A stretch of 63,788 nt of DNA, the filler included, from Lenisia limosa (taxonomy: Eukaryota; Protista; Breviatea), in the NCBI GenBank assembly GCA_001655205.1. It is 7 parts of 7 records of this genome, joined end to end, with 100 filler letters (N's around TTAATTAATTAA, not from the genome) between each part and the next. Parts side by side here need not be neighbours in the genome. Positions count along the whole stretch, not along the records: positions 25,292 to 39,080 come from LPNZ01010226.1; positions 39,181 to 43,794 come from LPNZ01007463.1; positions 43,895 to 44,994 come from LPNZ01000117.1; positions 45,095 to 48,162 come from LPNZ01003635.1; positions 48,263 to 60,761 come from LPNZ01004433.1; 2 more parts are not named here. The stretch is one strand, 5' to 3'. A program made the position numbers and the translations under genes. The notes under the pieces were generated by a model that did no database searches, was not told where the DNA came from, and was given only the letters and a program-made list of their open reading frames with translations. The stretch's first letter is position 1. Each line of letters begins with the position of its first letter. Of this stretch, positions 37,280 to 52,200 are shown one piece after another.

Positions 37280-40200
37280 TCAACCATCAGGACGAGATTG
37301 AAACGTCTTCCGACTCCGAACTCGACATTCCAATGGAGGAGATGTCTCAGGCTGTCTTTTCCCCGGAACCTGAAATTGGTGGTATGGGGGAGGAGGAGCT
37401 GTTAATACCATAAGAATATCTTTCGCTATTTCTTGGAGCTCCATTCGTGATTTATTCTTCAGGATTTGCAGCTCTTGACCAATCAAACGGTTTGCTGCAA
37501 CTCTTGAATGTGGAAAATAATTAGTGTAAGGGTTGAGAATAAGGTACGTCACCTGACCGTGAACATAACCTGGCCGTGAACATCGGCCCCTTTTTTTTCT
37601 TTTTTTTTCAATATTACTTGATATTGCTAACGATTTTGTCAAAATAAGTATGATACAACAAAAATTTTATTACTGGAGATTTCTGGCCGGAAAACACAAG
37701 TTTACGGCCTCAGTTGAAAAAATGGAGGCAAGCGTCAAAAAAATTGCTTCAATTCTTAAGTAATGAGTGTTTTCCTCAGAAAAATCCGAGGAACAATGGA
37801 AGACAACCATGAAGAAAAAAACGAGGAGGAATTCGAATGGAAAACACTGGAGTAGGGATTTTTCCATTTTTACAGTGGTTTTCCTATAAGAAAACCTTTT
37901 TTTTTCCTGGGAGTGGTTTTCTGATTTTTACAAGGAGTTTTCCTTAACAGAAAACTCCGAGTAACAAAAGGAAGACAACCCCGAGCAAATAAAACGAGAG
38001 GTAATTCGATTGGAAAAGACTTGAATCGGATTTTTTCACTTTTCCAGTGGTTTTCCAAGAAAAATACAGTGAATTTTCTGGAAAAAGTTTTTTGCTGGGA
38101 AAATGCAGAATTTTCGAGAACAAATTTGTTCTAAAATATTTATATATACTTCAACAACTCTTCGTAGCACTTCATCTCTATTTTTGATTTACTTAATACT
38201 GGAATCATCAAGAGTCTTTTACTTTTCGGGGTTCGTCAAAAGTCTACAGTTAGTTGCTGTACAACAACGTCATACCTAATACTGCTGATTCGTCTCAGAG
38301 AATTCTGAAAATAGTGTTTTTTTATTTCGATTGGCTGTAAATCGGTACAAAATTTCAACGAAACAGACTCATCTGANNNNNNNNNNGATTTAATACAAAG
38401 ATTTTCTTCGAGGTGTCACCAAGAGTTTCAAACCTATCAAAAAAATAGTTCCGCTCAAAACAGTATCTGGTTTGAAGAATGACCTTTCCAGTATTCTAAA
38501 AACTCTTTCAAATTATCTTGAGATCACCTTTATGGATAACAAAACAAAAGAGAACCAAGTTTTGTTGAACCAGGGGTTGAAGGGGAATCATTTGCGTAAG
38601 CCAAATCCACCACTCCCAACGTTTTTTCAAAAGAGAAATCTAGATCGAGTCGGTTCAGTGATTTTTTGTGTGTTGTATTATCCTAAGAAATTTTCTTCTC
38701 TTATTTAACAGCCATTTTTAAATAAAACTGGGCAATTTTTGGGATACATATCGCAATTATGATGAAATAAACGAAAAAAAAAAGTCTGATGTTCACGTTC
38801 ACGGTCAGGTTAGTGTTCACGGTCAGGTGGCGTACCTTATATTTCCCTTTGAATAATAATTTATGCCATGACTAGCAATTAATTCTTTCCTATCATTGCT
38901 CTTCTTTAATGTTTCAGATCTAAAATGGGAGTCAAATGATCCGGTTGGGGGCTGGGAATGCGTATGAATTCCTCAAATGTCAATTTATCTCTTTTTCTCT
39001 GATGAATTATCCGGCTAACTGTCCATCCAGGAGTTTGAATCGTACGACATTTCTGATGATGATATTCCCATGCTCAGTGANNNNNNNNNNNNNNNNNNNN
39101 NNNNNNNNNNNNNNNNNNNNNNNNTTAATTAATTAANNNNNNNNNNNNNNNNNNNNNNNNNNNNNNNNNNNNNNNNNNNNTAACTAAGGCTACTACTCCC
39201 AGACCCTCCCCCCCCACTCGCCAAAAAAACAAAAAGAAATACCACTACCCTCCTCCAGAATCACCCAGAAATTATTATTCCCAAAATATACATCCACATA
39301 CTCAAAGTAACTTTCGATGAACGGAAATTTGAGCTGAGTCTGCTACTCCCGGACCGGGCGCTAATGAGACTGAAACGCTCATCCGACGAGTCTTCCGAAG
39401 AGTCGCTATCGTCTGGGGGGTTAGATGGTTAGGGAGGCAATTAGAAAATGCAAGAAACAAAAAAGCCCAAGTCAACTCTGATAGCTGCTAACACAATAAC
39501 AATAAGAAATAGAATAAGGTTGTATGAGGTCGAAGGTACATGGTGATTTCGACTGGGGGGGGGGGGTAAGACTCATTAATAATCACATGATAGAANNNNN
39601 NNNNNNNNNNNNNNNNNNNNNNNNNNNNNNNNNNNNNNNNNNNNNNNNNNNNNNNNNNNNNNATCTCATGACAATTAGGTCTTCACTTCGGTTCAAAAAA
39701 CCCGGTAAAATATCGACAGTTTTCGAGGATTTATCGACAAAGACATTTCCCAAACCGTTGTAAAGCCCAAATGACAGTGTTTTGAAAATTTGGAGTTTGT
39801 TAATACATTTTCTATTTCACCCCCCCCCCTCACTTCCAGAGAGCAAAGAAGGAACAGCTCTGATATTGCCGCTGACAATCCTTGGAGTTCCTATGAGATC
39901 AATAACAGGGAATTAAAGATGATGTTTTTAAAAAAGCTATTATTACGATAATATGTTGACCGATAGTCACAATCAAATCGAATTGATAACTACAGGGTGG
40001 AAAACCAATAGTTTATACGTGTGATAATGACACAAACAGTGATATGATGAACGAAGATAACACAAAGGTTCACCTCAACTGCATCCAACCTAGGGATTCA
40101 CTTCGGTTCGACAAAAAGACTGAATTACTCGATAAATCCTCAAAAACTATTGATACCCCGAACCGAAGTGTCTTATTTTTTTTTTGTTTTTTCATTTTTC

Positions 40201-43200
40201 TTTTTTTTTTAAAAATAACCGAAATGTCTTTCAACCTCCACCCTGATAGTTTTCGAGGATTTATCAAGAAATTTAGTCATTGTTCGAACCGAAGTGAAGC
40301 CCTACCTCCACCCCTTATTTTATCCCTCTAACCGCCCAGAGTGGTCGTTTCAGACTTAATGGTTGGCAGGCCTCTCTAAACAAGCGTTATAACATGTAAA
40401 ATGGGGGCTGACAACACACGAGGGTCGATAACAACAAAGCCCAGGCCAGTCACCTCTGCAGCACCGCATCCCATCACTCCACCAAACAAATCCCAGGCCA
40501 GTCGCCTCTGCGGCACCGCATCCCAGTGAAATGGGGAGGAGTAATATTGATCAGTATGTCATTTATGATAGTGTGTATGCGCCCATACTATATTTTGGAG
40601 GGAGGTAAAAATGGTAAATTGCATATAAAGCCTAAAACTGCTTCTGTTGGCTTGTAATTTGGGAAAAACACAAGGGGTGAAAACACAATTAAAACAAATG
40701 AACAAAGTAGAAATAAAACAAAAATATGACAGACAAAAGTGGGTATGACGTTTAAAATATCACACGATGAAACAGAAAAATAATCCTACAGTTAAGGGGT
40801 AGAGGTTTTTGGAACCTCTCACTTCCGCTTCGGAATTGTATTCCTAATCAGGTAATAACAGTAATTGCCATATAGGTAACTAGGAATAAATTGCCATATA
40901 TGATAACTAAGAAAAATTGCCTTTTGTGTTAACTAAGAATAAACTTTTGTCAAGATAATTAAGTATAAAGAATTGTAAGGTAAATTTTAAAATATAATGA
41001 CAAAAAAACAAAAGTTATGAATGATAAATTGATGGATTAGATATTTAAGATCGGGAAAATACCTAAAAAGAAACTGGGATGATGACTTGCCTACTACGAA
41101 ATGTTATTGTTCCTAAAAAAGGAAATTACCTTATCTTCAGAGCCACCCTGATCAAAAAGGGATACTGGGCTGCATTCACGCGGGGCCTGAAGGAGAAAAA
41201 TAATAAGACCACCAACTACAGGAATATATATAGTATATATATCATATAGTATATATAGCTATATAGTATATTTTTATCTACTACATATACCCTATATTAC
41301 ATAGCTATATAATTATATAATACTACAATATATGTATATTTGTTACAATCTACTGAGCCTCAGCCCTTGTTTGTAAGATTTTTCCTCCCCTCTTTGTTTG
41401 ACCCAATACTACTCCCAAAGCATGTGAGAGTTCTTCTCTTCATTGCTTTCAACCTTTTGACCCCCATATCTAGATATATAGATATACAATTCTACATACA
41501 TCATATACTATATAACACAATATAATACTCCCCCCCCCCNNNNNNNNNNNNNNNNNNNNNNNNNNNNNNNNNNNNNNNNNNNNNNNNNNNNNNNNNNNNN
41601 NNNNNNNNNNNNNNNNNNNNNNNNNNNNNNNNNNNNNNNNNNNNNNNNNNNNNNNNNNNNNNNNNNNNNNNNNNNNNNNNNNNNNNNNNNNNNNNNNNNN
41701 NGAGGCGTGAGAAGCGTGGGACGCGATGCGACTGAGGGTCTCAACGTTGTATTCTTCTTGACTGGGGGAGTAAGACCAAGGAGATTTTGACATCATCCCC
41801 TATATTCCATATAAACACCACAGTACCTTCACCACAATACACCACCCACAATGCTTTAAAATCATATAAGCACCCAAATAACAATAACCATTGAAAAACA
41901 CTATACTGCTCCGCCTAAACCTTGGGATTAAATAAAATCCTTGCGACTTATTAAATTAAGGTCTTTTTGCCTGTAAAACCGAGTATGAATTGCTTGATTT
42001 TATCTTAAATACTGTTAAAGTGATGAATTTTAACATTGGTTACTAGAATCTCATAGAGCTAAGCGAAACCTGAACATTTAACCATTTTCTGGAAACAAAA
42101 AATTAAAAAACTTTTGACAATTTTCCATTTTTTGAATTTTCCAACTACCCCCTTCATTTTTAACATTGGTGACGGTATTGGCTGTATATAGAAATTTAGC
42201 ACGTTNNNNNNNNNNNNNNNNNNNNNNNNNNNNNNNNNNNNNNNNNNNNNNNNNNNNNNNNNNNNNNNNNNTTTCTTTTCTTCATTTCTGTTTTGGTATT
42301 TCACCCAAGAGATGTGACAAAGTAAGATCAATTTTGTTATTTTCTGTACTCATGTTGTCAGCGAAGTTGAAGGATAATTTGAAACGTGAGACCCAAGGTA
42401 CCACAAGCCAAAAAAAAAGCCAACGAAAAAGGGTTAAGTTCCCATTGTGTGATTGTATTAATTTATATTTTTTGAATTATTCTTGCAAGCAAATTCCTGT
42501 TTCGGTAACATGTGTACAATAGAGCTAATAGTCTCCTAAGAAGGCAAAATAAACACCAGAAGGACAACAAAGAGGTTTAGTAAATAAAAAAAAGCAAATT
42601 TGGAAAACATTAATTAATCCCAAGGTTTATGCGGAGCAGCATATAATAAATCCCAGTTTATAAACCCCCGCAAATCATATTATTCATAACCCCCTCCCAA
42701 CCTTGCGCCTCCAAGAATTTCGAGTGCGGCGGCGTGGGGATCCTCATGAACAACGGGCCGAACCACTGCCGGCGCNNNNNNNNNNNNNNNNNNNNNNNNN
42801 NNNNNNNNNNNNNNNNNNNNNNNNNNNNNNNNNNNNNNNNNNNNNNNNNNNNNNNNNNNNNNNNNNNNNNNNNNNNNNNNNNNNNNNNNNNNNNNNNNNN
42901 NNNNNNNNNNNNNNNNNNNNNNNNNNNNNNNNNNNNNNNNNNNNNNNNNNNNNNGGGAAATATTGGGGGGTTATATATTGGGGAAAACACGCAAATCATG
43001 GTTTAAAATACATCATATGTTTGGAAATAAGAGTGAAAAATTTATGAATCTGAACAAGCTCAAATCGACTCTGTTACACGAGGGTTGATAAAAACAAAAC
43101 AAAGCCCAGACTAGCGCTTTGGGGCCACAAGGGGTAAATTCAATAAGAAAGTCCGGCTAAATATGTACCACAATACACCGCCCCCNNNNNNNNNNNNNNN

Positions 43201-46200
43201 NNNNNNNNNNNNNNNNNNNNNNNNNNNNNNNNNNNNNNNNNNNNNNNNNNNNNNNNNNNNNNNNNNNNNNNNNNNNNNNNNNNNNNNNNCAATCCCCCCC
43301 AACGTTTTCATTACGCCATTGCCTTTAATGGCCATAGGTTCGCATTCAATGGTCTCATATTTCCCCCTGATCTTCCCCTCGAAAGAGTTGGAGACGTGTA
43401 TCTATGGAAGTTAGTGATTTTTTATGAAACAAAGGAAACCAGATTCAGTTTTGTTGTCTAGCAATAGTGAAATACACATCATAAATCCTAGACAAATTTC
43501 AATATAACGGGCTTTTTCGGATCCAATTTTTATGAAAAATATAATAATTATATAAATTTAAAAGTTAGGCGAGACATTATTTGTGGAGGACCGTAGAGAA
43601 GCAATACTAATCTCCACACCTTCATTGGGTCACCCGTACTCTCCATTCTGCTTGCAAGGTTCATGGACTGACCCACCAAGCCCCATCGTGGCACCTATAA
43701 AGGGATGTGGGGTTAAAATAGAAATCTATGACATAAAAAAAAACCCAAAAAACCCTGTTGGCTGACAACACACAAGGGTTAATACAACAAAACANNNNNN
43801 NNNNNNNNNNNNNNNNNNNNNNNNNNNNNNNNNNNNNNTTAATTAATTAANNNNNNNNNNNNNNNNNNNNNNNNNNNNNNNNNNNNNNNNNNNNGGGGGG
43901 GGGGGTCGTTAGGTCTTCACTTCGGTTCAAAAAAGAATGAAAAATATCGATATTTATTGAAGATTTATCGAGAAATTCAGTCGTCGTACAATAATTTAAG
44001 ACTCAAGTAGACTATTGAAATACTAAAGTACTATACTTATTGAAATACTGAACTACAATAGTTGCAATACTGGGACTTCTCAAATCCTTTATTTATTTTT
44101 TGGCATCATATACTTATATGAATATATGATATATACTATCTGTATTCATATGCTATGTATGTATTACTCTGCGTCTCTTTATTTCATGTGTGTTTTTTTC
44201 AAAACAACTACTCACTCTCTAGCCAACTCTGATTGGGACTACTCTAATTCCTTGGCACTCTATATGAGGCTAAAAGTGGGAGGGGGGTTCTGTAATTGAG
44301 AGAAAGGAAATATTCGGGTTTGAGTACTTCGGTTCGAAAAATACCGATAAAATATCGATAATTGTCGAAGATTTATCGAGAAATTCAGTATTTCATCGAA
44401 CCAAAGTGTTGCCCTAGTTGTATTGTACACTTTTTCTCTCCACTCGCCTCTTAAATAACCTTTTTTTTTGTGTTATTATTACTTTTTTATAATGTGTAAG
44501 TTTGTTATCAAAGCTGCTTGTTCTATTATTTTTTAACAATTGTGATGGTGGACGGCTTCGGCCAGATACTACCTTGCTTTATTTCTCATCTCTGCAAAGC
44601 TGCCCCTTATCCCTTTCCCATGAAAATAATTCACTGATTGGTTCTCAACTTGAATATACAAGGGTGCTCTATAAACATATATATGTAGCTAATCAGCAGT
44701 CCACATCTCAACCTATAAACATAATAGCTACATACATTTTCTATTAGCTCAACAGATGAAAAACATTTAGACTAGTTTTGATTGTTGGCAATTAGCAGTT
44801 GAGATTTTGAAATTTATAAATTGAACAATTCTATTTATGTTCATTTAAAAAGAAAAAATATAAAAAGAAATAAATGCTGGATGTTTTACAATTCGAAAGG
44901 AAAGGTAGCACTTCATGAAAACATGAATACTTAACACACACCCCTTTTTTTTTTCTCCATTTATGTTAAGAAAAGATTTTCAACCCCCCCCCCCNNNNNN
45001 NNNNNNNNNNNNNNNNNNNNNNNNNNNNNNNNNNNNNNTTAATTAATTAANNNNNNNNNNNNNNNNNNNNNNNNNNNNNNNNNNNNNNNNNNNNTCAAAC
45101 AATTAATCGCTGAAAGTGCTTCAACCCCCCCTCCGCAGTATTTTTTACAAGGAGTTTTCTGGCCGGAAAACGAGTTTTGCGAGCGAACGAGTGTTTTCCT
45201 CAACAGAAAACTCCGAATAACAAAAGGAAGGCAACCACGAGCAAAAAAACGAGGGGCAATTCGATGGGAAAAGACAGAGTCGGGATTTTTACTTTTTCAG
45301 TGGTTTTCCTGGGAATTTTTTTTTCCGATTTCACCCCCTCCCCAGGCCGCCTACGACAACGATGGTTCACCCTCAGATGAATACGATTTAAGCGACCCTT
45401 TTTCGCAGAGCCCCATTGTACCATCACTATCGGTCGATAACCCACAAGAGAAGTAAGCCTACATTGTCGATTAAGTCTTGATTGCTACCCCACTTTTATT
45501 AAGTCTTGAACTACCACACTTTTATTCTTTCATATTTTTATGTCTTCTGGAATATTTTGCCGACAGTCTGACTCTCCAGTGATATCGACGACCATTCCTT
45601 TGAGAATCCTTCGCTATTCCCCCTAGAAGGTGGCAGGGTATTTATCACAATGACTACTGGGGGGGGGGGGGGTTCANNNNNNNNNNNNNNNNNNNNNNNN
45701 NNNNNNNNNNNNNNNNNNNNNNNNNNNNNNNNNNNNNNNNNNNNNNNNNNNNNNNNNNNNNNNNNNNNNTAGGGTTTTACCTTGGTTCGGAAAAAGACTG
45801 AATTTTTCGATAAATCTTCGAAAATTATCGATATTTTCCCAGTATTTTTCGAACCGAAGGGAAACCTTACTTGTTTGATATTGATTAGTTTGACGGTGGG
45901 TTGGTCTGATCATGATTAGTTTGACGGTGGGTTCGTCTATCATAATTAGTTTGACGGTGGGTTGGTCTGATCATGTATAGATCTAGAACAACTTTAAGCT
46001 CAACAAGAAACCACCACACATTAACAAAAGTCTCTATGTGTCTTTGTACTTTACACAAGCATTTCCAAACACTGTCATTAAAGAAATAAAAATAAACTTC
46101 AAGAGGAAATGAGAACATAGGGCAATGGTGGGGAGAGAAAGAAAATAGTTAAATATCATCGTTAAACACACGTTAAATAAGTCAATTAAAAGGCTTGATG

Positions 46201-49200
46201 ACTTAATGTAACGTTTTAACAACCGGTGAAACAATTCTGGGATATGAGAACCTCGGAGAAAGCCAATGAAGACCCGCGACGTCTCAAGTTTTACATAACA
46301 TATATCACAGACATAGTATTGAAAACTGTCGATTCATGCATACCTCGCTACACCAAGCTTCTCATAGTGGCTGCCACCGCACCCCATGGCCTCCGTAAAA
46401 GACTGCTAGAGTCAGTCAGTAAAACAAAATGGCATTCTTCAAAATACAAGATAGATTAAATTGTTCTAAAACAATAATAGCTCGTGCGCCAAAACCCTGT
46501 CATTTTTGGGATATCCTGTCACTTTTATAAATAAATAGCGTCATAAGACCTCAAGAATCCAATATTTTACTATTCTAACCTGCAGAAAGTAAAATAGCAA
46601 AATAAAAAACAATAAAAAAGTCTTCGAAAGTTTTGGAATTTCAGTTCACCCCCAAACGTCGAGATAGCCAGCTTTTTTATTCCAGCATACTTGAACAGCC
46701 TTTGATGCCGCGTCAAGAAGCCCTAAAACCAAGCGAATCAAGAAGATTGTTGACTCGTTGTTCAGAATCGAAGCAATTTGTGAAAACTTGGATGAAGGGT
46801 AGCGTTGTACAAATTGAAAATGCATTAAAAATGATGTATGGTTTTCAACTTGCGCAATCTGGGTTGTTTCAACACAAGTGGCGTTTTCAACCTTTTTCAG
46901 GTGAAGAAGAAATTTTTGAATTACCTATGCAAAATGGGAGCCTTTTAGAGGTCATTAGATGAGGCTTGGAAACATTTGACAGCCAGTTCCCCCAGAACCC
47001 ATTAAACAGGCATTTCTTTTGAAAAAAGATAGTCCACAAGCCTTCCCAAAGAGTGTCCACTCTGATTAACTCTCTTTTTAGTGATACCCGCTCCTCCTCA
47101 CTATCTTTTTGTTTTGTAAAATAAGTGCTGTTCTGGAATCCAATTAAAGCCAGCTGAGTTTATTCTGTGTTTTATTTTATTTTATTTTCGTTTCATAAAT
47201 TTCCATATTTACCTCCTCAGGCTCACCAGCAGTCCCTGAAGTAACCTCTTCCAGCCCAACAAGGCTCTGATGTGTCCTGATTCCTGTTTCATTGTTTCCT
47301 ATTTAATGTACCAACAAATTGTATATTATTATTATTATTACTACGCGAAGTTTACACCATCCGTGTTCTTTTGTGACAATATCCTCTTGAGATATAATAT
47401 ACTAGTACGTCATATATAGATATAGTACTATATACAGTATATATTAAATTTATTTATGTTATTCTAGAGCTTCACTTTCGGTTCCAAAAAGACTGAATTT
47501 CCGAAAATCCAAAAAAGGCTGAATTCTCGAAAACCCAAAAAAGACTGAATTCTCTAAATTCCTTGAGAAATATCCATAATTCTGATGTCTTTTGGAACAT
47601 AAGTGAAGCTTTAATGAAAACCCACTCAAGTTGAAAGCAATAATATGAACTATTGAAACGGAAACGCATGCTACAAGCGATGAAAAGAGGCCCTCAACGC
47701 CCTCGTGTGAGTGATACCTTATCAAACGGTTTGCCCTGTTGGGTCGTCAAGTCCCTCGTCTTCGGGCTGAAGTGTGAGTCACTGTGTGTGTGTGGGGGGG
47801 GGGGTATAGCATAGTTAGAGCTTCACTGAAAAAGTTCGGCAAAATATCAGTTTATAGATTGTTCGAGTTTCCGGACCATAGTGAAACCATAAGATAAGTG
47901 AGCTCAGAGCGAAGCTATATTAGAGTTCCACTTAAGCTTTCAAAAGGACAAAATATTGATATTTATTGAGGATTTATCGATGAACCAAAATGAAGCGAAT
48001 ACGGTCCTTATAAAACCAGCGATAAATCCAAATATCAATATTTCTGAAAGCAAAACTAAGTCCCAATTTCTTGAAATATAAAATTCAAAGTATGGTAAAC
48101 CACAATTTTCAAAAACAAATCTTATTTTTGACAATTACCTAACCCCTTTCTATCTCCTCACCNNNNNNNNNNNNNNNNNNNNNNNNNNNNNNNNNNNNNN
48201 NNNNNNTTAATTAATTAANNNNNNNNNNNNNNNNNNNNNNNNNNNNNNNNNNNNNNNNNNNNCCCCCCCCCCCCAGCACGCTGAGTGTCACAAGCATAAA
48301 TCAGAGATATAAAGGGATCAGGCCAACGCCGTCCCAAGATTAACCCCTCCCCCCCACCATCCCGTCGTCAAGTCGGCCTGGTTTTCAGTGGCCTGCGAGT
48401 CACGTGTGTTCAGAATATTAGCTGTCACGGAGGTACTGAAAAGGTGAGGTCAGTGCTGGGCTTAAGATCAGATCAAACAAACAAAATCTAGATTGTTGAT
48501 ATCCTGTAAATTCGTTAAGTAATATTGCCATTTCAAGTCCCCCCCCCCCCCAACCCAGTCTGNNNNNNNNNNNNNNNNNNNNNNNNNNNNNNNNNNNNNN
48601 NNNNNNNNNNNNNNNNNNNNNNNNNNNNNNNNNNNNNNNNNNNNNNNNNNNNNNNNNNNNNNNNNNNNNNNNNNNNNNNCTCTGTCCTCCGCACTGATTC
48701 TTCCTAAACATGTCAGGGAATGTGGTAGACGAGGAAGACATTGTGAAGAAGCGTATTGGCAAACGGACGAAAGGCTGGCGGAGTAAAATTGGTAAATTTA
48801 TGAAACAAAAAAAAATCCAGAAACTGCGGTGCAATAATGAGAATAGTTAAGTCCCCGGAAGTGGGGAGAGTGTGTTGTGTCATGTGAACGTTCCCTTCCA
48901 GTTGGGCTTGTAGTTGATAACATATCAGATGAGGAATTTAAGAAATGAGAACAGAATAAGATAGTATCAGGCGAGAAATATTAATTTCTTCAATCTTGGA
49001 ACCCTGCTTCTCTAAATATTCAAGACCTGCTTAATTATACTTATACTCTTAGAACAATTAGACTGCCATACCTACACATGTTGTACATATCATATTATAT
49101 ACAATATCATGTACTATATTATGTTTGTATTATATTATCCTATATCATATAATTATATGATATAAATACTATGTAATTTACCAAGTTTGACAACACCACA

Positions 49201-52200
49201 CGACAGCAGCCTCCTTACCTCCTGTCTGGCACGAGCCCTTGACCATGTTCCAACTTTCTCCTGAGAATAGTTATTTCAAGTGGTAAAAGGACTGAACCGA
49301 ATACGCTTGTGATCAATCATCTGCTGCAGAGACTAACACCCAATATGCTCCCATCAGCTCACTTTAAGGTGCAGGGCAAACAGGTCATCCTCGGCCTGCT
49401 CTGCTCGTTTTGACAGCCACATTTGGTCAAGCGTTTTCTACACATTAGGTAAGAAAAAAAATATAACAGGAGGTTGGGAGTGGGGGGGTTTGAGTTTATA
49501 TAAAAATCTCAAAAAAAAAACGGAAAGTCTTCAATACCAAAAATGAGAGAACAAAATTTCCAACAATTAACTACCCCCCCATCTCCCACCTGTCGCGGTG
49601 TGGATGAAGGTTTCGAGAGGTATGCAAGCGTCTGATTGGTTAGCTTTAAACACGTCGCAGTTCTTCACCGAAAAAGCTAATACAACTCACCCCTCCTTCA
49701 GGAGCAGTTTGCTTAGTGAGAAAGGGCAAGGCGGCAATCGAGGGGGGAGCAGGCTTAGGCACTATATTTATTGTTTAGTCGAACAATGATTTCTCTGTTT
49801 ACATTTTGGTCGTATTATTACTTTTTCTGAATCACTCATTTACAATAATAAATCAAGATAAAACCACATCAGAAACCCACCTTTCAACTCTTGTGGAGCT
49901 TTAATTGGTTCATCCTACAAAAGTGAATAACTGCCTCATTTGACCCCTTCAATGACTTTATGAATTACTGCCTCCCTCCCTTTTTCGATTCTTGGTCATG
50001 ATAACCCCAATCCCCCCTGATACCCAGGCAGCACCGCCCCGTTCGGCCTCATCAGCTGCAAGATTGCGTGGTTTGTACCTGATTACGTCAATTGGACATA
50101 CACATGTTATCTCCACAATTCCCAGCGAAGTGATTGAGAGGACAATGGGAAGACATTAAACTAAGATGTAATAGCCGCAGCAGACCTTGAGAGTCTAGCA
50201 GTGACTTTTGGTGATGCTGGCGGCCGCTGCAGCTCCTGCGGCACATACATCACAGATGATGCACGCTATATTGTGTCAAATGAAATGATTACCATGTTTG
50301 AGAAGAAGATTAAATCGATTATCACAATCCAAATCTCAGGAATTGATTTTTACTTTGAGAGAGGTTGAAGAACTACCCATCTGAATACAACATTCTTTGT
50401 ATCTTGTGAAATAAAACTTATTGCTGTGGATTTTAATAATCCGAAGCACCAGATCAGCCTTTGCCCACCAGCTCTTGATTTTCGGTTTGCTGCACCGGAG
50501 TAAGGCCTTCACTTCGGCCCTCCAAGCGTCGGTCGCTGGCTGATGTCGTCTGCTGGATTATGAGACATGTAAAAATGGTTTTGTTGAAAGATGTCCATAT
50601 ATCCCTCTTGAGCCCCTAATGATAAGTGAATGAAGCAATAAAGCTTGTTTTCCAAGATCCGAAAAAACTGCGAATAAGACACAACAAAACAACTATACCC
50701 TCAATAAATCTTCTCCCTCCCATTGCCAACCACATTCCGAGGAGTGAGTCGTCTAGGGCTTGCCGCCTGGTTTTCTGTCTGCTGTCGACCTAAATTGTGA
50801 ACAAACAGGAAAGCATAGAATCTTATTGTTTCGATATATACGAAAAATATCATCAATTATTTGAACGTATCAAAATCACAATCTTACATAATCAACTACT
50901 CTCAGCCCCCATACTTGCCAACAAGGACGTGCCTCCCACCATTAGTCCGTAAGAAGCCATACCGGCCGGTCTGGGGGGGGTAAAAATAATGGGAACAAAA
51001 CCAAAATAACAAGGTAAAATAATATGAAAGAAAAGGGTAAACCTGGGAAACCGCGAAAAAATCATGGATTTCTTCTTCCATATAGAGAGCCCAGCCTACA
51101 CAACAGACTTCCTTGATCGAACGGCCGCGCGCACCGCAGCGGCTTGTCGCCTCTCTTGGCCCTTGAACCACACAAACACTCGCTCAACTCCCTCGGATAG
51201 CTCAACCACTGCTTGCGTGAGTGCCTTTTTTGGATTTATTTATGATGCGATTACATTAAACCCTTGGCCTTCTCTCCCCTCCAACAATCATCATTATCAC
51301 GGCTTTCATTGGGAAGGAACGATGGCTCCGAATTGGCATTTCTACAAATGAGTCAAAGTAGAAAGGGTTTTCTAAAGGAAACCATGAAAAGTAAAGTCTT
51401 TTTCAATATATTAATCAAAAAGGTAACCATGAAAAGTAAAGTTCTTCTATTAATCATAAAGGAAACCATAAGAAGTAAGTCTTCTTCAATATATTAAAGT
51501 AAAGTCTTCTTCAATATATTAATCATTACCCCTTCTACTTTGTCGCTATCCCAAAATAAATAAGCAACAAAAGTGCTATTCTGTCAAGAAATAAGAACAC
51601 ACACACACTACAACATACAAAGTGAGGGCAGTCAGCATTTTAGCCAAGGCGTGGAAGAGAATGTCCAACCATTGGTTGTCACTGTCTAAAGAAGTAGGTC
51701 AAGATGCCATAAACGCTGCAGCTTTGAAATCATATCATATCAAGATTAAAATGTCCCCCAGTTTCAATATATCTATAAGTATATTATATCTATACTATTG
51801 CCATTTTTTATCGGCACTTGATCCTCATGGAAGCCCATTCATTGCATATCTCTTACCGTCTTTTTTCGGAAGCGGGAGCTTTGAGGGACGCGTTCGTCTG
51901 ACGATCTGTCTCGAATGCCTAAGCAATTCCCCAAGCATCACCTGAACGTTTTGCATTAAGATTGGGATTCTATTTTAACCACTATAGCCCAGATGAAATG
52001 GTTTATATTGCTGGCGACCATAAAAACAAAATAAAAACAATCGGATCAAAAAGGTTCATAAGCAAGCAACACCTAAACAGGTTCCAAAACTTCATGATTC
52101 GTGCTCTAAATATTAGTCCACCACTCAACAGAGAAGGAACAATCCCCCATATACCAATCTCATCTTCACACAAATAAGATACCCCTTTCAGAAGAAGAAT

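Noticed and set aside
25941-47611. Repeated palindromes as a CRISPR array or bacterial REP/BIME elements
   Set aside because: Copies are dispersed in introns of eukaryotic genes at irregular spacing, with no unique spacers and no cas or RAYT gene.
50502-50520. GGCCTTCACTTCGG resembling the MITE TIR
   Set aside because: Lies in a probable minus-strand exon (LEGRSEGLT) with no internal core or partner TIR; likely chance.
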